Source: a bacterium | Lineage (GTDB): Bacteria > SAR324 > NAC60-12 | Length of the DNA: 29,882 bases | Reading direction: 5' to 3' | Assembly: GCA_965233585.1 (NCBI GenBank) | Contig: CBDDTI010000079.1 | Location: 1 to 29,882, forward strand | Shown here: positions 13,401-22,184 of the stretch, in pieces | Layout of the letters: every line of letters begins with the position of its first letter | How positions within the stretch are numbered: position 1 is the first letter of the stretch | Made by a program: the position numbers and the translations under genes | Notes under the pieces: model-generated | The model's input: only the letters and a program-made list of their open reading frames with translations | The model's database searches: none | What the model was told of the DNA's origin: nothing

Positions 13401-13528
13401 TTATCTTTTAGTGTTGGGTCAACACTTCAAGAAAATATTTACATGTTATGACAGCGCTATTTCCACACTTTAAGAAAATTTAAAAATCTAAAATCTTCCA
13501 AAAGTTTATGAGCGTGCATGTGTTGTAG

Positions 13529-13578
13529 AGAAATGTACCTACATCAGGCTCTTTCGAGCTTGATGTAGGCACATTTCT
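13529..13578. repeat. 23-bp-stem imperfect inverted repeat near the presumed element end
   Basis: AGAAATGTACCTACATCAGGCTC-TTTC-GAGCTTGATGTAGGCACATTTCT. Confidence 0.85.
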
Positions 13579-13702
13579 TCTCAAAACACTCTCAAAACAC
13601 CTTAAAACAGTCTAAAACGGGCTTTTAACCATCCGTTTACGCATGAAAACCATCTTGATGCGCTCTCAAACCACCTTGATGGCATCTACATTGAGTCTGT
13701 TG

Positions 13703-14050
13703 CAGGCTCAATCGAGCCTGTTTTCGTCTGTAATCGGCCTGCAACCGGCTTGTTTTCGTCTGCAATCGGCTTGCAACAGGCTCGATCGAGCCTGTAATCG
13801 GCCTGCAACCGGCTTGTTTTCGTCTGCAATCGGCTTGCAACAGGCTCAATCGAGCCTGTTGCAAGCCGATTACAGGCTCAATCGAGCCTGTTGCAAGCCG
13901 ATTACAGGCTCAATCGAGCCTGTTGCAAGCCGATTACAGGCTCAATCGAGCCTGTTGCAAGCCGATTACAGGCTCAATCGAGCCTGTTGCAAGCCGATTA
14001 CAGGCTCAATCGAGCCTGTTGCAAGCCGATTGCAGACGAAAACAAGCCGG
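13703..14050. repeat. Subterminal palindromic repeat array (32-bp unit x6 plus inverted flanks)
   Basis: CAGGCTCAATCGAGCCTGTTGCAAGCCGATTA at 13841, 13873, 13905, 13937, 13969 and 14001 (last copy ends ...GATTG). Extra CAGGCTC-N4-GAGCCTG cores at 13703 and 13777. 13809-13847 is the inverted copy of 14012-14050. Confidence 0.95.
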
Positions 14051-14337
14051 TTACAGGCTTGTTGCAACATCTATTTTTCTCCATTGTCAAATTGTTCTCG
14101 ATTTAAAAGCGCAAAGAAAGGTTCTAAGAATGAAAAATGTTTAAAAATTCCGTCCTTTTTGCTCCAAACCCGCTCAAATGTAATTTTTCAAACTCTAAAT
14201 TTTAAAAAGAAGAATTTCCAAAGTTGTTTCTGATAAGACAAAAATTTGATCGCGCGTATCAAAGTTTTCATCCAATCCTGTTAAAAATTCAACTCACAGT
14301 CGTTTTCAACCGTTTCAATTATCAAGACATCTATTTT

Positions 14338-14923
14338 CTCATAGTTTTTTGATAAATGTGAGGGGTTAAAATTTTTTAATTATAATTTATCTCTCACATT
14401 TATTTTAAAATTGTGAGTTTTTACTACACTCAAAATAACTCCGAAGACCATCTCTATTTCTCATGCTTTTTTGACAAATGTGTGTAGGTCTAAATTTTTT
14501 AATTAAATTTGACCTGTCACATTTGGCATTAAAATTGTGAGCTATTACTCAACTCTAAAATCCGGACACTGCTTATCATCTCATGCTTTTTTTACTCTTG
14601 TACGAGTCTCATAATGTTTTATCATATATGACACTCGCCACAAGAGTAATTAAATTGTGAGCAATTATTTAGCATAAACATCGTTAAATCACAGTCAACC
14701 TTCATCACATTTCATCATCAAGATCAACGTCTTACGCTTTTTTAACTTTTGTGCGCGATTTAAATCTTTAATTTTAATATTTGAATCCACATAAAAGTTA
14801 CAAAATTGTGAGCAACTACTTCACACCGAAAATGTTAACATCTAATCTTCATACTTTTTTGGCACTTGTTTAACTCCAAAATTTTTATTTATTTGGATTT
14901 GCTCAAGTACCATTAAATTGTGA
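14338..14923 (+). ncRNA. Putative cluster of five pri-miRNA-like hairpins
   Basis: Hairpins at 14338-14417, 14460-14541, 14580-14661, 14731-14812 and 14849-14923. They share a basal stem CTCAT(G/A)-TTTT...AAATTGTGAG, have different self-complementary upper arms, and contain G-U pairs favouring the + strand. The structure is seen directly; the RNA function is inferred. Confidence 0.6.
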
Positions 14924-14984
14924 TCACCAACTCATCCAAATATTTGCCGAGCACGCTTTTATTTATTAGTTGGGTCTATGTTAA

Positions 14985-15389
14985 ATGTTGTTTCAGTCGT
15001 GCAGCATGTGTGGGCAAGTCAACAACCAACCAACATCAGGATCGCCGCATAATTCTGACTGGGATTCTGGTCCTGACGAAGCCGGTATTTACAATACTTC
15101 AGATCCAACTCACATCGTGCATTGTATGCGTCGCATTTCTGCTCATCTTCGCAGAATCAACGAGTCTTTGGAATCATTGGACAGTGAATTGGTAAACTAC
15201 AGGACCTGTTTCAAAGACAAACTTCTTGGAAAACCTAATATTTCTGGCGACTCAGCTACCAGGTTGTGGTGGTATCGTGAAATCCAAAACGAACTAAAAG
15301 TGTTTCATTTTTATGCGTCTTTTTGCATGAAATTGTTGTGCAAAGATTTTTGTTTGGAACAACACTCAGTTGATGGAGAAGAAGTATGA
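14985..15389 (+). CDS. Hypothetical protein (134 aa), N-terminal CxxC
   Basis: ATG ORF in AT-rich DNA; its stop overlaps the next start (ATGA). No recognisable family. Confidence 0.6.
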   Translation: MLFQSCSMCGQVNNQPTSGSPHNSDWDSGPDEAGIYNTSDPTHIVHCMRRISAHLRRINESLESLDSELVNYRTCFKDKLLGKPNISGDSATRLWWYREIQNELKVFHFYASFCMKLLCKDFCLEQHSVDGEEV

Positions 15390-15697
15390 ACAACACTATT
15401 CGACCAAATACGTATCAACGCTCAGAACCAAACCATCGTTTTGAAGAATTGGATCAATTTCATCAAGATTTGCCAAGATCTCCTAGCCTCAACCGTTTTT
15501 ACTCTGACCCTTGCACTGATTTTTGTGCTGTGATTGGAATGATCTTTACTATTATTATCTCTATTTGTGCTTGTATATGGTTGATATCGGTATCAACTTG
15601 TAACGCTCTAAAATCGCTTGCTTTAACAAATCGTACTTTAGAACTTTCTTTAGTAAATTTTACCAATAATTCATTGTTTTTAAATGATACGTTTTAA
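15386..15697 (+). CDS. Small single-pass membrane protein (103 aa)
   Basis: Hydrophobic segment FCAVIGMIFTIIISICACIWLISV; C-terminal sequons NRT, NFT, NNS, NDT; AATAAA at 15701. Confidence 0.65.
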   Translation: MNNTIRPNTYQRSEPNHRFEELDQFHQDLPRSPSLNRFYSDPCTDFCAVIGMIFTIIISICACIWLISVSTCNALKSLALTNRTLELSLVNFTNNSLFLNDTF

Positions 15698-15708
15698 TAG
15701 AATAAAAT

Positions 15709-17455
15709 TTAAATTGGGTTTTTAATTACAATATTTAAAATAACACTTTTTTCGTTGTCGAATTCAATTAAGTCTCCGTCTAATCTCCTTAATTCAATCT
15801 TCATGTTGTCTAAATAATCAACATTGCATTTGATAAATTCTAAATGCTCGAAATGGATCGAGCAGTAGTCATTTTGTTTTGACTGTCCGATCGTGGGAAT
15901 AATTCTAAGTATTGGGTAAAATTTGTCTCCGACAATAGAATGCTGAACAAAATTGGCATAACAAATCATAACACCAGGATACAGTTTGTAAATGTCTATC
16001 GGTTGTGGTGCTTGATAAACTGAGTAATTTCTCACAGCAAAAAAATGGTAGTTGTTTTGATCACTAACTCTTTGTTTTTCTTCCATTGGGGTAATCGTAC
16101 ATTCCTAAAATCGGACAAAAGCTTTGTGGAAATCCAATTATAAAAATTTGTTCAGTTTTAGCCGTAATTCTTAAATATCCATTGACGTTTTCAAAATATA
16201 CTAGTTCCTTTAATTCTTCTGTCAATAAATCATTCATTGCCGTTGTTAAATCGTTAGAGTCACAAAAATAATTTTTTGGTATATTCAATTTGTGTTCTTC
16301 CTCTCTGTTTTCATCCTTAATCAGTTTTATAATTATTGGTTCATTAGCGATTGATTCTGGAATGCTACATATGCTGTCGGGAAAAGAAATATCCATCAGG
16401 GCAATTTTCGCGTTTGGATTTAAATGCAGTGGATGTTTTAAATGCACCCAAAAGCTACTATTTGTATTTTCGTAATCCAATTTGGCATCTACTTTCGAAT
16501 CGATTCGCACGTGTCTCAATTCGTGATCCATGTTTTTTTCTTTCTCCCTCAAATGGTAATGAATTAGAGACGGTTGACCTTCGTTTAAGCTCAAAAGATT
16601 TCCAAAAGCATCTGTGAATTGAGAGTTTATCGTCTCAATATTGGTTTGCCGCACTTGATAATATCTGACCTTTTTTACATTATGGTAAAAATAATGACCC
16701 TCCATTTGCTTAGGTAAAGTTGTTGTAAACATAATTGTGGAATAATTATCACTGTTAGGAACGTCGGAAATAATATTTGATTTTACGTGAACTAAACCAG
16801 GTTTCAAAACGGAAGTCACTTTATTTGCAATGGTTTGAAACCTAAAATTTTTTTGTAACGGATAATATACATATTCGTTACCAAAATATTTAATTGATTT
16901 TTCTCCAGAAAATAACACTCCATCTTTATAACATCTTAACTTTATAATTTTTATTAAATGTTGATGAATTAGTAAGTATCTATTATAATTTTCATTTTCC
17001 GTCTCATTTTCGGTTTCTTTTTTAGGACCTTCTTCAATTATGTAGAATCTTTTAGTTTCACCGTCTGATTCGAGGTCACCACTAGCCATTTTCATTCCTT
17101 CCTTGTAAATATATTGCATCAAATTTTGCATTAATCTAAATACTGTCAGATCTTCTTCATCTAAATCAGGCAAAACCCAAACAGATTTTGTCTGGTTTAA
17201 AATCTCGGTCTTTATCTCCTCTTCTGAAGAATTTATAGATGTTAATTCGTTTTTTAGCGTTATGACACCGATTTGACCTTTTGTCATGGTTAATTGGTTG
17301 TAATTATAATGTAACCCCATAGATACTATTCCAATTTCCCATTCTCTATTTTTCAAATCTAAATTTTGTGGAAATAAATTGGTAAAGGAATTTAAAGTAT
17401 TTTTGACGTCCGTATTGGAACCAGCGTTTGACACGCAATAAATGTTATAATCCAT
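15709..17455 (-). CDS. Minor capsid (penton-like) protein with two tandem domains; 1-bp frameshift at ~16090 splits it into 463 + 125 aa ORFs
   Basis: A penton-type N-terminus (YCVSN..NTLNSFTNLFPQNLDL..EWEIGI) recurs at residue ~309 (RIDS..NTNSSFWVHLKHPLHL..KIALMDISFP). Penton-type C-termini occur twice (IETINSQFTDAFGNLL; SIVGDKFYPILRII..MKIELRRLDGDLIEF). Confidence 0.8.
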
Positions 17456-17461
17456 TCCACG

Positions 17462-18544
17462 TTATTGTGACACATCAACTACATCTTTCTCATATGTCCA
17501 ACTAGGGTTTTTATACCCTTTCCATTTCACCAAAACCATTTTTTCACCTGTTTTTTTATCTTTTTTTGTTCGTAAAACCTTTTCAATCATAAATAATTCC
17601 GGCTCATTCACGGGAGTAAGTTCACTCTCATAAAAATTTCCTTCCAGAGTTTCATCCTGTTCTAAAGTTTCCAATTCATAAGTAGGTTTAGGCAAACGAG
17701 TAAAAATTGATTTTATTTTAAAAATTTCTTCCTTAAATTGTTGTGTAAAACCTCTGTCAAATTTTCCCTTCATTATGCTAATGCGCACGGTTTGACCAAT
17801 TTTGTATTTTGGTCTTTTTCTTTTAAACTTTGAATAATGCAATTCCTGTTTTCTTCTAATAAAATAAGTCCGACCGGGGAGCTCAGCTTCAGCGGGTGAC
17901 ATCCCAATCATACGATGTTTACGATGGTTGTAGGTATGAACAAGAAAAGGTAATGCGTCGATGTACCTATCTGTATTTTCGTGAGTCATGTATTTAAACA
18001 TCAGATTTTTTAAAGTTCGGTTAAATCTTTCCACAAAAGGGGCGTGCACAAAATTGTTGCTGTGTAATAGAAGAATGTTATTGTTTTTGCAGTAGGCTTG
18101 AAACAATTTATTCTTTATTTCTGCGCCTTTATCAGCTAAAATTCTACGAGGAAACTTTTTTGCTCTTTTCATAATAGACTCGAATCCCTCCATAAAAGTT
18201 TTTGCTGTTTTATTTTTTAAGGGTTCTACAAACGCGAATCGTGTAAAAATATCAATAGCTGTTAAAAGGTATCTATTCCCGTCATTTTCTTCGATCAAAT
18301 TTCCTAAATCTATAAGATCAATTTGAAATTGATATCTCTTATGATAAGCAAATGTCGGATTTCTAGGTTTAGGTAATTTTGGTTGTTTATGAAGTGTGTA
18401 AGAATCAGTTCCCTTTAACCATTCTTCAATTGTCGTTAAAGGAATTTTTTTTCCATAATAATAATAAATCAACGCAGGAGATGCAAAAGCTATTGGTGAG
18501 CCTGGTCTTGCATATTCTTTTAAAAAAATCTCTTTTGTTGTCAT
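17462..18544 (-). CDS. Retroviral-type (rve, DDE) integrase with C-terminal chromodomain
   Basis: FQIDLID, LTAIDIFTR, ILADKGAE, VERFNRTLK; chromodomain FMIEKVL..VLVKWKGY..SW. Confidence 0.97.
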   Translation of the reverse strand: MTTKEIFLKEYARPGSPIAFASPALIYYYYGKKIPLTTIEEWLKGTDSYTLHKQPKLPKPRNPTFAYHKRYQFQIDLIDLGNLIEENDGNRYLLTAIDIFTRFAFVEPLKNKTAKTFMEGFESIMKRAKKFPRRILADKGAEIKNKLFQAYCKNNNILLLHSNNFVHAPFVERFNRTLKNLMFKYMTHENTDRYIDALPFLVHTYNHRKHRMIGMSPAEAELPGRTYFIRRKQELHYSKFKRKRPKYKIGQTVRISIMKGKFDRGFTQQFKEEIFKIKSIFTRLPKPTYELETLEQDETLEGNFYESELTPVNEPELFMIEKVLRTKKDKKTGEKMVLVKWKGYKNPSWTYEKDVVDVSQ

Positions 18545-18550
18545 TTCTTT

Positions 18551-18952
18551 TTAAAACAAGGGTTGTTTAGTTATTCTCCGTCTTTTTTTCCTAGATTTAG
18601 CAATTGACGGGGTTTTCCTCTTTCTGCTCGAATTTTGAGCTCGATATTCGTTGTTGGTATCTGCTTGTCTAGCAGCGTTAAGCAAAATACCGCGAGTAGC
18701 TGATTTTAATCGTTGTTTAGCTTTTCTACCGACCGGTTGACCCTCCAAAGCCTCTAATGCAGTTTCTACCGCCGCCTTTGTCGCCTCTTTTTTTAAAGCT
18801 TTACCTGCGGATCTTATCGGTGCGCTTCTAGCCACTTTTCCAATAGTTTTTACCGCTGATCTTGCTACCGGCATTAAACCGCGAAAAATTCCGGAAAAAA
18901 GTGATCCGATTCCCGAGCCTCGTTGCCAACGTAAGCCGCTGTGGTAATTCAT
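18551..18952 (-). CDS. Basic virion core-like protein with QRGSG protease site and amphipathic helix
   Basis: QRGSGIGSLFSGIFRGLMP is a motif typical of small Polinton/adintovirus core proteins; Lys/Arg-rich tail. Confidence 0.75.
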   Translation of the reverse strand: MNYHSGLRWQRGSGIGSLFSGIFRGLMPVARSAVKTIGKVARSAPIRSAGKALKKEATKAAVETALEALEGQPVGRKAKQRLKSATRGILLNAARQADTNNEYRAQNSSRKRKTPSIAKSRKKRRRITKQPLF

Positions 18953-18960
18953 ATATTTTC

Positions 18961-19680
18961 TTATTGCTCTAGACTTTTAAGACATCTGTATAAAGACATA
19001 ACACTGACGCCTAAAATACGAGCCGTATTTTTGACGCTCGGATATAGTGCTCTTGTTTCTTTTAAAAAGGCATAAGCACATGCTGCTAATAAAGTCCTAG
19101 GAGCAAAAGAACTATTTTCATTTTTATTTAGTTTCTCTTTTATAGTTGTCATCTCTTGATAATTTAACTGTAGAGGCTGTAAAAAATATTCTGCCATATC
19201 TTTTGCTTTTATAGAATTTTCTGTTTTAATTGTGTTGGTCGAATCTTGTCTGTATAATTTTATCCATCGCCATACCGTTTTTGGGCTAATACCAATTTCC
19301 TGACACAAGTGACTTATTGGGCGGGGAATTTTTTCCTCTATTAAACTTTGATACAATGCCATAGCAATTAAGCCTTTTGGATTAATTTTAATTTTTCCAT
19401 TTTTTTGATAATGCCACGCTGCTATTTCTGACCACAAATTAAAAATAGTGTTTGTAACATCATTATTTAAATGTAATTTATTACATAAATTTTTTAAAAT
19501 ATTTTTTTCCTTCTTTAAATGTTCGCTGTTTTGTTCAAATTCTTCATTTAAATTTTTTATTTTTTCCCATTTTGTTTCTAAATTTGGATCACAATATATT
19601 TTATCAATAACTAAACCACACTCGGTGCACACTACGTCTCCTTGTCTGGTGTCTTCTATTATATATTGATGAATGCACAT
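18961..19680 (-). CDS. TFIIB-like transcription initiation factor
   Basis: Zn ribbon CIH...EDTRQGDVVCTECGLVID, close to the TFIIB D..GD.VC.ECGLV motif. Two cyclin-fold-like repeats end in HTH-like segments (LCQEIGISPKTV, ARILGVSVMSL). Confidence 0.9.
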   Translation of the reverse strand: MCIHQYIIEDTRQGDVVCTECGLVIDKIYCDPNLETKWEKIKNLNEEFEQNSEHLKKEKNILKNLCNKLHLNNDVTNTIFNLWSEIAAWHYQKNGKIKINPKGLIAMALYQSLIEEKIPRPISHLCQEIGISPKTVWRWIKLYRQDSTNTIKTENSIKAKDMAEYFLQPLQLNYQEMTTIKEKLNKNENSSFAPRTLLAACAYAFLKETRALYPSVKNTARILGVSVMSLYRCLKSLEQ

Positions 19681-19786
19681 TTTAATCCAATCTAATTTTT
19701 GAACATAATTTCATTGTTTATTGCACGAAGTTCAAAATTTAACTGATTTTACAAATAATCCGACGTAATCTTTTATTATATTGAAT

Positions 19787-20329
19787 TTATTCAGTTTTAT
19801 ATTTTTTCAGCAATTCAGAAATAATTTTTATTCCTTGTGTAGCGTCTTTTTCGCAGGAAGCTCCAATTATTACTATTTTTCCAGACGAAAATATTAAAGC
19901 AGAACACTTTTTTAATGTTAAAAACATTCCAGGAAATTTCTCAGAGTCGTATCTCTTTTGGATAATTTCAAAATCTACATTTAATTTCAAATTGTTGTAA
20001 AATGTTAATAAATTGATTTTTGATGACATATGACACAAACAAGTCATGTTTTCTATTTTAAACTTTTCAGTAATAAATTTACTACTTATAACAAGTTTTA
20101 ATTCGTCTAATGCTTTTGGTATATGCTCTGTGGAAGGGATTTTAGTAATATTTACGTGGAAATTTCGATTTTGCTTTGTTTTAGTAAACACAATAAAAGA
20201 ATATTTTTTTTTAACAACAGTAAAATTATTATAATGTTTTAGTACATTATCGGTATTAAAAGAAATTTTGTCACTGTCGATGAGACGAATTTTGCAACTG
20301 ATTTTAACATTGCTGACCATCACTTCCAT
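19787..20329 (-). CDS. TATA-binding protein-like (180 aa from ATG 20329)
   Basis: Two-repeat layout VSNV.../IENM...; YDSEKFPGM and ALIFSSGKIVIIGA match the TBP YEPE.FPGL and LIF.SGK.V.TGA motifs. Confidence 0.92.
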   Translation of the reverse strand: MEVMVSNVKISCKIRLIDSDKISFNTDNVLKHYNNFTVVKKKYSFIVFTKTKQNRNFHVNITKIPSTEHIPKALDELKLVISSKFITEKFKIENMTCLCHMSSKINLLTFYNNLKLNVDFEIIQKRYDSEKFPGMFLTLKKCSALIFSSGKIVIIGASCEKDATQGIKIISELLKKYKTE

Positions 20330-20335
20330 CTTGGT

Positions 20336-21685
20336 ATGGGCTTGCCCGACAAAAGCGGAATTGCTGGATTGGCCGTGGAACAAAACGATGGCACAGAAAG
20401 TGGTTTAGCGCTTCACGCACCCTTAGAAGTGGAAACGGGTCTATTGGAAGGGGCTCACGTTATTTACAATAGCGTGGCTTCTATCACCAACACCGGTCCG
20501 GTAGAATTTCTTGTTCCTCGCGACAACGAGTGTTCTTTTATACTGAGTCAAACCAGACTCAGTGGGCATTTTGTAGTGACAAATGATGACGGTGGCTTTG
20601 TCACGGACGCAAGTAAAACCGCGTTGGTAAATCATTTTGCTGCTTGTTTATTCAGTCAAGTAGAAGTGTATTTGAACGGTGTTCAAGTAGCTGATTTAAG
20701 TTCGGCGGTCACCTACCCCTGGAGAATGTTTTTACAATCATATTTAAGTTACAATATTGACGTAAAAGACACTTATCTGGCTGCCGAAGGATATTATCCC
20801 GAAACTATAGACGAAGTTACCACCACCAAAATTACCGAAGAAGTTTCCTCTCATTCTTTGAAAAAAAGAAAGAATTTGATTTTAAACGGGAAAAAAGTAT
20901 TTTTTAACTCGCGTATAGCTGTTGATCTGTTTGACACTGATCGATTTTTACCACCAAATGTGGATATCAAGATAAAATTGGTTAGATCGGCTGAAACATT
21001 TGGTTTGCTTCAAGATCCTGCAGCAGCAAAACCTTTCAAAATTGTGTTGAAAGATGTCAAATTGCATATGAGAAAAGTGTTGCCCACGTTGATAATACGA
21101 GAAAGTTTCAAAAACAAACTTTTAAAAGAACCGTGCTACCTGCCTTTCAGCTCTACACGTTTAAGACATTACGTTATTCCTCAAGGCGTGTCGTCTTTTA
21201 ACATCGCTAATATTGCTAATGGAACATTACCCAAACAAGTGTTTTTTGTGATGGTTCACAATCAGGCTATGTCGCATGCTCCCGACAAAAATCCTTTTAA
21301 TTTTCAACACTTTAATCTTTCCTCGTTTAATTTAAAAAAGAACGGGCAATGCGTATTTCCCAAACCTTTTCAACCTAACATAGAGGAAGGGGACGTTGTT
21401 GACTTATATCGGCATTTATACGACAGTATAGGCATTTCGCACGGCAATCAGTCCATTGGCTTGACGTATGATGCTTTTATAAATGGAAGATTTTTTCTGG
21501 CGGCCGACTTGACACCAGATCAATGTAATTCGTACCACACACATCCAGAAAATTATGGAAATTTAGATTTAGAGTTGGCTTTTTCCCAAATCACTCCCCA
21601 TCCAATATACGTTCTGGCCTTATCTATTTTTAACTCCGGTATTAAAATAGATCAATTTCAACAAGTCATAAAAGGAACCAATTAA
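20336..21685 (+). CDS. Major capsid protein (double jelly-roll, Polinton type)
   Basis: 449 aa; GPVEFLVP, LFSQVEVYLNG, FLPPNVDIKIKL, LPKQVFFVMV, NPFNFQHFNL, DLTPD, GNLDLELAF are characteristic Polinton MCP motifs. Confidence 0.93.
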   Translation: MGLPDKSGIAGLAVEQNDGTESGLALHAPLEVETGLLEGAHVIYNSVASITNTGPVEFLVPRDNECSFILSQTRLSGHFVVTNDDGGFVTDASKTALVNHFAACLFSQVEVYLNGVQVADLSSAVTYPWRMFLQSYLSYNIDVKDTYLAAEGYYPETIDEVTTTKITEEVSSHSLKKRKNLILNGKKVFFNSRIAVDLFDTDRFLPPNVDIKIKLVRSAETFGLLQDPAAAKPFKIVLKDVKLHMRKVLPTLIIRESFKNKLLKEPCYLPFSSTRLRHYVIPQGVSSFNIANIANGTLPKQVFFVMVHNQAMSHAPDKNPFNFQHFNLSSFNLKKNGQCVFPKPFQPNIEEGDVVDLYRHLYDSIGISHGNQSIGLTYDAFINGRFFLAADLTPDQCNSYHTHPENYGNLDLELAFSQITPHPIYVLALSIFNSGIKIDQFQQVIKGTN

Positions 21686-21688
21686 AAT

Positions 21689-22171
21689 ATGGAGGGTGGG
21701 TTATCAAATATCTTTTTAAACAATTACATTCGACCCAGATGTAAGAATTTCATCGGAGTATTTTCGGTCGACGACTTGCCATCTGATCCGCTTTCATTGC
21801 CTTGCTGTCTGATCGCTAACTTATCCAAAAGAAATCAAGAAGGATCTCATTTCGTAGCAATGTACATTAACAAGAAAAATCAACTCTATTATTTTGATTC
21901 TTTCGGTTTTTTACCACCGATATGGAACAAATGTTTGATGAAGTTTTTACGACCCTGGATAGAGAAAAACTCCTTCAAAATTATCTTATCTCACTCAATT
22001 CAGAGTTTCCGTTCTTTGTTTTGTGGATGGTACACGTGCGCATTTTGTTTATCTGTGGGCAACAATTTAATGACCCCTCAACAATTTGTTAAATTATTTG
22101 TAAAAAATCCCAAATCAGAAAATGATAAAATTGTAACTCACTTTATAAAAAAAATTGAAAATAAATGTTAA
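21689..22171 (+). CDS. Adenain-like cysteine maturation protease
   Basis: FIGVF, GSHFVA (His), YFDSFG (Asp), IQ....FCGWY (Gln, Cys). Confidence 0.95.
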   Translation: MEGGLSNIFLNNYIRPRCKNFIGVFSVDDLPSDPLSLPCCLIANLSKRNQEGSHFVAMYINKKNQLYYFDSFGFLPPIWNKCLMKFLRPWIEKNSFKIILSHSIQSFRSLFCGWYTCAFCLSVGNNLMTPQQFVKLFVKNPKSENDKIVTHFIKKIENKC

Positions 22172-22184
22172 TATATTTTTACTT

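Noticed and set aside
13841..14031. 32-bp repeat with internal palindrome as a CRISPR array
   Set aside because: Units are head-to-tail with no spacers, there are no cas genes, and the context is eukaryotic.
13637..14233. Several ORFs over the subterminal repeat
   Set aside because: They are translations of a 32-bp tandem repeat cycling through frames, with no protein-like features.
14858..14866. TTTGGCACT in hairpin 5 resembles the miR-96/miR-263b seed
   Set aside because: A short match that requires a cut a few nt below the position implied by the other hairpins; could easily be chance without small-RNA data.
14338..14923. Hairpin array as CRISPR repeats/spacers or integron attC sites
   Set aside because: The variable parts are self-complementary arms rather than spacers. 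There are no RYYYAAC/GTTRRRY boxes, no cassette ORFs between units and no tyrosine recombinase in the window.
20330..20383. 18-aa N-terminal extension of the TBP-like ORF
   Set aside because: Non-ATG start overlapping the capsid gene; TBP similarity begins at the ATG at 20329.
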